A DNA stretch of 64,000 bases from Clostridia bacterium (GTDB taxonomy: Bacteria > Bacillota > Clostridia > UMGS1883 > UMGS1540), in assembly GCA_045533905.1 (NCBI GenBank), contig JAZSIR010000011.1, positions 37,956-101,955 on the forward strand, read 5' to 3'. The stretch's first letter is position 1, and each line of letters starts with the position of its first letter. Position numbers and translations under genes: made by a program. The notes below the pieces were generated by a model. The model had not been told where the DNA came from, searched no databases, and was given only the letters and a program-made list of their open reading frames with translations. Shown here piece after piece: positions 58,501 to 64,000 of this stretch.

Positions 58501-59328
58501 TTATTCCGATAATTCTGCCAATGCTTTATCATATAATTCCTGTGTTAAAATACCATTGTGGAAAGATACAACATTTTCCGCGAAACTGACCCCTTTGCCT
58601 TTTACGGTGTTGGCCAGAATCAGTGTCGGCTTCCCTTTAATGGTATCTGCTGCATCTAAAGCGCTGAGAATTTCTTCCATGTTATGACCGTCTATCTCAA
58701 TCACGTGCCACCCGAAGGCTTCCCATTTTGCCTTGAGGTCGCCCGAGTCAAACCGCTCGCGAACAGGACCCATGGCCTGCAATCCGTTTCTATCCAGTAT
58801 CGCCATCAAATTATCCGCCTTGTGTACGCTTGCCGCAAGGGAGGCTTCCCAGATTTGTCCTTCTGCAATTTCGCCGTCGCCGCAAAGCACATACACCTTG
58901 CTGTCAATTTTATCCATCCTAAGACCCAATGCCATACCCAGACCAATCGAAAGACCTTGCCCGAGCGACCCTGTACCCGCCTCAATGCCCGGCGTTTTCA
59001 AAACATCAGGGTGTCCCTGCAGATAGGAGCCTATTTTCTTTGTGGTAGACAAATCCTCCACAGGGAAATAGCCCGCCTGCGCCAGCGCTGCATATTGCAA
59101 AATCGCGGCGTGGCCTTTGCTGAGCAAAAAGCGGTCGCGGTTAGGCATTTTCGGATTTTTGGGGTCGTGCTTCATTTTGTAAAAATATAAAGCTGCCACA
59201 ATATCAGCTGAAGAATTTGAGCCGCCCAAATGTCCTGCCACCCCAACGCCAATGCATTTTACAACATTTCGTCTGAGCTCTTTCGCCTCTCTACTGAGTC
59301 TGCCAATCAGTTCTTTACTGTATCCCAT
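58501..59328 (-). CDS. Transketolase N-terminal (TPP-binding) subunit
   Basis: GHLGG, RDRFLLSKGHAA, LQGHP, GSLGQG, GDGE..EGQIWE..N, TVKGKG. Confidence 0.93.
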   Translation of the reverse strand: MGYSKELIGRLSREAKELRRNVVKCIGVGVAGHLGGSNSSADIVAALYFYKMKHDPKNPKMPNRDRFLLSKGHAAILQYAALAQAGYFPVEDLSTTKKIGSYLQGHPDVLKTPGIEAGTGSLGQGLSIGLGMALGLRMDKIDSKVYVLCGDGEIAEGQIWEASLAASVHKADNLMAILDRNGLQAMGPVRERFDSGDLKAKWEAFGWHVIEIDGHNMEEILSALDAADTIKGKPTLILANTVKGKGVSFAENVVSFHNGILTQELYDKALAELSE

Positions 59329-59462
59329 TTTCTTGCCCTCCCCTAAAGTTTAAAAAGTACAAATTGACAATTCACTATTTTAATGGTATCATATACATAG
59401 ATAAAATTCTTGCAAATTTTTCTGTATTTTTTGTAATTTTTTTACCTTTTGGGAGGGGCCTT

Positions 59463-60257
59463 ATGCGACCGATATTCGGGATTGAGCGCGAGCTTTGCAA
59501 AGATATTTTCTATAAAGAGTGCGAAAATGACAGCGGTGATTTTCACTTTCATTCGCACATTGAAATCTGTATGGTGGATGCAGGGCAAACCCGCGTAATA
59601 ATCGGAAGTCGCGAAAAAGTTTTAAAGGCAGGCGATATATCCATTGCTTTAAGCTACGATGCACACCTCTACCGCCCGATAGAATATGCAAAAACGAGCG
59701 TTTTAATTATCCCGTCACATCTGTGCACGGAATTTACAAATTTCATGGAAAATAAAAAAAATATTGCGCCATTCATTTCAAATCCTGCTCTTTCCGCAGA
59801 ACTCAAGCTGTATTTCGAAAAGCTTAAAAAGGGAGGACATAATGAGATTTCCGCTCGCGGCTACATCTATACCATACTCGGGCTTTTGGTGGATACCCTT
59901 AAGCTCGTCCCTGCAGATACGGCAGTTGCACACTCGCTGACCTCCGGCATATTGGAGTATATTCATAAAAACTTCAAAAGCGACATCAGCATAAAGTCTA
60001 TTGCCCATGCTTTCGGTTATAACCAAAGCTATATTTCGAGAAGCTTTAAAGCACAGTTTACAATCGGGCTCAAAAAATATGTGACGCTTCTGCGTCTCAA
60101 AAATGCCGTTTCGCTGATGCATCAAAACAAAGATATTTCCTACTGTGCTTTTGAAAGCGGCTTTACCTCGCTTCGCACATTCTATAACGTTTTCGAAGCG
60201 GAATTTGGGTGTACACCTAAGGAATATATAAAAAGCATCCATGGCCGCCGCGTGTGA
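59463..60257 (+). CDS. AraC-family transcriptional regulator
   Basis: FHFHSHIE cupin; CAFESGFTSLRTFYNVF..TPKEY; divergent from the transketolase operon. Confidence 0.92.
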   Translation: MRPIFGIERELCKDIFYKECENDSGDFHFHSHIEICMVDAGQTRVIIGSREKVLKAGDISIALSYDAHLYRPIEYAKTSVLIIPSHLCTEFTNFMENKKNIAPFISNPALSAELKLYFEKLKKGGHNEISARGYIYTILGLLVDTLKLVPADTAVAHSLTSGILEYIHKNFKSDISIKSIAHAFGYNQSYISRSFKAQFTIGLKKYVTLLRLKNAVSLMHQNKDISYCAFESGFTSLRTFYNVFEAEFGCTPKEYIKSIHGRRV

Positions 60258-60300
60258 CAATGAAGAAGCACTTGCAAATTGCAAGTGCTTCTTCATTGTC
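60256..60300. repeat. 45-bp palindrome (REP-like, copy 1)
   Basis: GACAATGAAGAAGCACTTGCAA-A-TTGCAAGTGCTTCTTCATTGTC, perfect 22-bp arms. Confidence 0.85.
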
Positions 60301-60317
60301 GTATGCCTTCTCGCCTG

Positions 60318-60920
60318 TTATCTTCCGATAAACATCTGCGTCCAGTATTTTCCGTCCTCTACGTATCCCACGCCGATGTGGGTGTAGGATGCATTTAGAA
60401 TATTCGCGCGATGGCCGGAGGAATTCATCCACGCATTCACGACCTCCTCGGGGGTGCGTTGCCCTTTTGCGATATTCTCGCCTGCGCTCCGATAGGAAAG
60501 CCCGAAGTTCTTCATCATCTGAAACGGTGTGCCGTACACGGGACTTGTGTGCGAGAAATAGCGGTTATCCTTCATATCCTGCGATTTGATTCTGGCAACG
60601 CGGCTGAGTTCCCAGTCCTCCGAAAGCGCGGTGAGTCCGTTTTGCATTCTTTTCTCATTGACAAGCCGCACGACCTCTTTTTCGTAACTTAACACCGAGG
60701 AATCTATGTTCGGTATCGCAATCGTCTGCCCCGGATAGATAAGGGCAGGATTTACAATCTGCGGATTGGCTTTTATGATTTCACCAAGGCCCACTTCGTA
60801 TTTGACTGCAATCTTCCACATGCTGTCCCCGGTTCTCACTCTATGCGTGGTCGCGGCACTTGCCCCTGTAGATACTATAAGTCCCACCGCTACTATGGCG
60901 GATAGCATTCGCTTTTTCAT
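60318..60920 (-). CDS. safA: LysM + CAP domain protein (SafA/ExsA-YkwD type)
   Basis: Signal peptide, GDSMWKIAVKY..ANPQIVNPALIYPGQ, then YFSHTSPVYG, GENIA, WMNSSGHRANIL. Confidence 0.85.
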   Translation of the reverse strand: MKKRMLSAIVAVGLIVSTGASAATTHRVRTGDSMWKIAVKYEVGLGEIIKANPQIVNPALIYPGQTIAIPNIDSSVLSYEKEVVRLVNEKRMQNGLTALSEDWELSRVARIKSQDMKDNRYFSHTSPVYGTPFQMMKNFGLSYRSAGENIAKGQRTPEEVVNAWMNSSGHRANILNASYTHIGVGYVEDGKYWTQMFIGR

Positions 60921-61031
60921 AGTGTTACCTCCTTCCTTTATTAGTGTACCATCCCGGAGAGTACACTTTCAAGAGGTAAGTATTGCATCGCAAGGTAGCA
61001 AATGCCGGTATTCCAATCCTTTGGATGCATG

Positions 61032-61265
61032 CTAAAAGTCATGACGAAAACCGCAGTCGATATTATATTTTTCAAATATACAAACAATTTCTTCTATTGC
61101 ATCAAAATCAGAATATTTTTCGTCCTTTATGACTTTTTGTATTTCATATAGCATCTCTGTGGCAGTTGTATCGGTAATCTGCGATGCATCAATTTCCAAA
61201 TCTTCGATTTTGCATTTTATAAAGTCGGATAGGTAATTTCTTAATAATTCAAGTTTTATATGCAT
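61032..61265 (-). CDS. Small acidic hypothetical protein, 77 aa
   Basis: GGAGG RBS, own TTGACA-17-TACAAT promoter, ends CGFRHDF; AT-rich. Confidence 0.75.
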   Translation of the reverse strand: MHIKLELLRNYLSDFIKCKIEDLEIDASQITDTTATEMLYEIQKVIKDEKYSDFDAIEEIVCIFEKYNIDCGFRHDF

Positions 61266-61305
61266 ATTTTGTCGCCCTCCACGAAATGTTACATAATGTA
61301 CCATA

Positions 61306-61332
61306 ATTATTGTAACAAATTGTTACAATAAT
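61306..61332. promoter_or_regulatory. Operator palindrome overlapping the leftward sigmaA promoter
   Basis: ATTATTGTAACA-AAT-TGTTACAATAAT; promoter -35 at 61332-61337 and -10 at 61309-61314 on the minus strand. Confidence 0.75.
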
Positions 61333-61348
61333 GTCAAGGAGGGATTCT

Positions 61349-61552
61349 ATGAAAGGATTAAAACAAATCAGAAAGGAACGTAATCTCAACCAATTAAAGG
61401 TTGCTATGGATTTAAATATTTCTCGCGAAGCACTGTCCCATTACGAAAACGGCAAAAGAGAACCAAGCCTTGACCTCCTGAACAAACTGTCTCAATATTT
61501 TAATGTTTCAATAGATTACCTGATAAATGGCGAGGAATTTAGAAAAAGATAA
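61349..61552 (+). CDS. XRE-family HTH regulator, 67 aa
   Basis: LKQIRKERNLNQ..VA..LNISREALSHYENGKREPS..FNVSIDYL; AAGGAGG RBS. Confidence 0.93.
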   Translation: MKGLKQIRKERNLNQLKVAMDLNISREALSHYENGKREPSLDLLNKLSQYFNVSIDYLINGEEFRKR

Positions 61553-61569
61553 AAAGAGCACTACGTGCT

Positions 61570-61720
61570 CTTTTTTTGTTTTGTATTTTACAGTTGAAAC
61601 GGGTACTTTTAAAGTGCGTGCAACCCCCTCGTAAGTCATATCATTATAAACCGAAGGGTTATGTAGGTGGCTGCCTTTGGACTCAGTTTGCATATACAAT
61701 CCATTACGCCGATTTCACCT
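61570..61720 (-). pseudogene. Frameshifted region-4 fragment of an ECF-type sigma factor
   Basis: MDCICKLSPKAATYITLRF / frameshift / YNDMTYEGVARTLKVPVSTVKYKTKK; no region 2 upstream. Confidence 0.6.
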
Positions 61721-61860
61721 TTGCAAAAGCTCTTACCTCTATTAGACAATTTAGAAACGAAAAAATCAAGAGTTTATTATTTTGTATGAAAACAAAGTAT
61801 TAGTTGCACCCAAAATGATTCTATGATAAAATTATTTTATCAGAAAGAAAGAGGTGCCTT

Positions 61861-62604
61861 ATGATAGATACTGGGCGTATTTTAGATAAATTAGATGCGT
61901 TTCTTAATAAGAATGAGTATGCCGGCGCCGAGAGGCATATTTTGTACTGGCTGGAAGAGGCAAAGCTTGCAGATAATAAGAGAACTATGCTTCTTTTACA
62001 AAACGAGCTCTGCGGCCTTTACAGAAAGCTGCAAAGGGAAGAAGATGCCCTCGCCGCCGTGGAAACCGCACTCGCACTTGTCACGGATATGGGGATAGAA
62101 AATAACATCGGCGCAGGCACAACCTATATCAATGCGGGTACTGTTCTAAAGGCCTTTGGCAGAGCAGAAGAAGCGATTCCTCTGTTTGAAAAAGCATGCG
62201 CAGTATATGAAAAAGAACTTCCCGAAACCGACAAACGCTTTGGCGGACTTTATAATAATATGGCGCTCGCTTTCGTGGATATCAAAGAGTTCGAAAAGGC
62301 CTTGGAATTATATGAAAAAGCCATCCGCGTTATGCAAAGCGCGGAGGACGGTATGCTCGAAGTTGCCATAACGCACCTCAATATTGCAAGCCTTCGGGAA
62401 GCCGAGCTTGGGCTTGAAAATGCAGAGAAGGAGATAGAAGAACTACTCGACAAGGCTGCCCGCATCTTGGACGCGCATGAAAACAGAAACGGCTATTACG
62501 CCTTCGTATGCGAAAAATGCGCATCCGTTTTTGGGTACCACGGCTATTTTGCCTACGAAAAAGAGCTTTTAGAAAGGGCGCGGGAGATTTATGAAAGGTC
62601 TTGA
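61861..62604 (+). CDS. Tetratricopeptide-repeat protein
   Basis: Helical repeats (TYINAGTVLKAFGRAEEAIPLFEKA; LYNNMALAF..FEKALELYEKAI); GAGGTG RBS. Confidence 0.88.
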   Translation: MIDTGRILDKLDAFLNKNEYAGAERHILYWLEEAKLADNKRTMLLLQNELCGLYRKLQREEDALAAVETALALVTDMGIENNIGAGTTYINAGTVLKAFGRAEEAIPLFEKACAVYEKELPETDKRFGGLYNNMALAFVDIKEFEKALELYEKAIRVMQSAEDGMLEVAITHLNIASLREAELGLENAEKEIEELLDKAARILDAHENRNGYYAFVCEKCASVFGYHGYFAYEKELLERAREIYERS

Positions 62605-63532
62605 GCTTGCCGAAAAATTTTATAAAGAGTACGGCGAAAAAATGATAGAGGAGAACTTTTCTCACCTGAAACAATACCTCGCCATAGGTCTATGCGGAAG
62701 CGGCTCCGAATGTATGGGATTTGATGATACTCTGTCGCGCGATCACGATTTTGAGCCCGGTTTTTGCATTTTCCTACCCGATGAAAGCCTCGTTTCCTCT
62801 CGGGATGAATTCTTACTCGAGCGCGCGTATGCAAAGCTTCCGAAAGAGTTTTTGGGATTTACAAGAAGTCCCTTAAATCCGGTTGGCGGAAACCGTCACG
62901 GTGTTATAAGAATCCATACTTTTTTTGAGAATAAAACAGGCGATAAAAACGGAGAGCTCTCCACAAAAGGATGGTTTTATGTTTCCGAACAGTTTCTTTT
63001 AGAGGCAACGAACGGGAGAATTTTTTCCGATAACTTTGGCCTTGTAACCGCGATCCGCCAAAGGCTTTCGTATCTGCCTGAAGACGTGAGACGTAAAAAA
63101 CTCGCGGGAAATCTTCTTGTCATGGCGCAGGCCGGGCAGTATAATTACGCCAGATGCATAAAAAGAGGCGAGGCGGGTGCGGCACAGCTCGCCATAGGCG
63201 AATTTGTGAATGCCGCATTAAAAGTCATTTTTCTTCTAAATAAAAAATATATTCCGTATTATAAATGGGTTTTCAAATCCTTAAAAGACCTTGAAATACT
63301 CTCTTCCCTCGAGGATGACCTTGTGTATCTTATTTCAAACGCAAACTCTGAAAGTGAAGCCCGCGCAAAGACAGAAATTATAGAAAAAATCTCGTCCGGC
63401 ATTATAGATGAGCTTCAACGCCAAGAACTTACAAGAGTTTCTTCTGGAAGCCTTGAAGCTCACGCGTATTCGGTAAATGACAGAATTAAAGATCCCGAAA
63501 TCCGAAATCTTCACATTATGTACGCGGTATGA
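62591..63532 (+). CDS. DUF4037 domain protein (nucleotidyltransferase-like N-terminus)
   Basis: GLCGSGSECMGFDD..SRDHDFEPG, ATNGRIF.D, AQAGQYNY.RC, PYYKW. Confidence 0.8.
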   Translation: MKGLELAEKFYKEYGEKMIEENFSHLKQYLAIGLCGSGSECMGFDDTLSRDHDFEPGFCIFLPDESLVSSRDEFLLERAYAKLPKEFLGFTRSPLNPVGGNRHGVIRIHTFFENKTGDKNGELSTKGWFYVSEQFLLEATNGRIFSDNFGLVTAIRQRLSYLPEDVRRKKLAGNLLVMAQAGQYNYARCIKRGEAGAAQLAIGEFVNAALKVIFLLNKKYIPYYKWVFKSLKDLEILSSLEDDLVYLISNANSESEARAKTEIIEKISSGIIDELQRQELTRVSSGSLEAHAYSVNDRIKDPEIRNLHIMYAV

Positions 63533-63564
63533 TGTAAAGCTCCGCACAAAGTGACATGGTGCTG

Positions 63565-63596
63565 AAAAAAGCACTTGCAAATTGCAAGTGTTTTTT
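63565..63596. repeat. REP-like palindrome (copy 2), also usable as terminator
   Basis: AAAAAAGCACTTGCAA-A-TTGCAAGTGTTTTTT; 22-bp core identical to copy 1. Confidence 0.8.
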
Positions 63597-63722
63597 ATTT
63601 TCATGTGCATGGTGCGTACAAATAAAATAAGCTTTGCAAAAAGCAAAGCTACCGTAATTATTAATTATTCATTAGCCGCAGGCGACTTCATCATTCATTA
63701 TACATTCAAAAATCCTGTCGCA

Positions 63723-63761
63723 AAATGAATAATGAATAGTGAATAATGAAAAATGAATAAT
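63723..63761 (+). repeat. Degenerate heptamer tandem repeat (AATGAAT) x5
   Basis: AATGAAT AATGAAT AGTGAAT AATGAAA AATGAAT; complementary ATTCATT units at 63657-63708. Confidence 0.8.
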
Positions 63762-63762
63762 A

Positions 63763-63802
63763 CAAAACAAAAAATCCTATCTTTCGACAGGATTTTTGTT
63801 TT
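63763..63802 (-). terminator. Terminator-like hairpin 3' of the tRNA fragment
   Basis: AAAACAAAAAATCCTATC-TTTC-GACAGGATTTTTGTTTT. Confidence 0.6.
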
Positions 63803-63962
63803 GGCTCCCCCTGCCCCTCTTGAACCAACGACAACAACAGGTTGAAACCATCTCGTCTCGAAAGGCTCCTCTGTCGCCTTTCTGCGACTCGGGTTTCTGC
63901 CCATTCTCGCTCTCCCTTCATCGTCCACCGGACGCGGTCGAGCTCCAATCAGTTAACAGCCG
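63802..63962 (-). pseudogene. Degenerate tRNA-Asn(GTT) 3' fragment interrupted by a ~113-nt insert
   Basis: Minus strand CGG-CTGTTAA-CTGAT-TG [insert] GTC-GTTGG-TTCAAGA-GGGGC-AGGGGGA-G-CCA; T-stem unpaired, no D arm or 5' acceptor strand in window. Confidence 0.65.
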
Positions 63963-64000
63963 CTACGCGGCTGTTAACAATGTAGTCCGTGCAAATCTAA

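Noticed and set aside
55652-59328. Sulfoglycolytic transketolase or apiose transketolase pathway
   Set aside because: No sulfoquinovosidase, isomerase, sulfonate exporter or apulose kinase in the cluster
63655-63800. CRISPR array
   Set aside because: Repeats are contiguous 7-mers without unique spacers; no cas genes in the window
63802-64000. Functional tRNA-Asn or intron-containing tRNA
   Set aside because: T-stem cannot pair, D arm and 5' acceptor strand are absent, insert is not in the anticodon loop

Overview
Chromosomal window of a spore-forming Clostridia-like (Oscillospiraceae/Ruminococcaceae-type) bacterium; taxonomy is inferred from gene content and sigmaA/sporulation signals. Left to right: truncated uvrB, a carB with no carA in the window, LTA-synthase-like sulfatase, an AT-rich HAD gene, bofA/pgsA/ldh, tandem amidohydrolases, dinB, hup-rpsI-rplM, rqcH, a polar amino-acid ABC transporter, two kinases, a GH2, the dcw cluster (mraZ to ftsZ, no murD/ftsA), an HtrA-family protease, ZTP-riboswitch-controlled pflBA, a GlpP-type glycerol-phosphate operon with a deleted glycerol-1-phosphate dehydrogenase relic, GH3/AraC, a split transketolase + GarR + Zn-dehydrogenase operon, safA-like gene, a small XRE switch with an ECF relic, TPR + DUF4037 genes and a degenerate interrupted tRNA-Asn 3' fragment. 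No CRISPR, rRNA, intact tRNA, transposase or integrase was seen. Best novelty candidates: (1) a ~375-nt purine-rich transcription unit (51838-52212, minus strand) with a consensus promoter, strong RBS, a Met-Lys-stop minigene and a 19-bp terminator but no credible protein ORF, with a divergent ~60-nt candidate sRNA; (2) a kinase-free dehydrogenase/transketolase/semialdehyde-reductase operon suggesting an uncharacterised sugar-acid route; (3) the tRNA-derived element at the right edge. All family calls are by-eye recognition, not database results.
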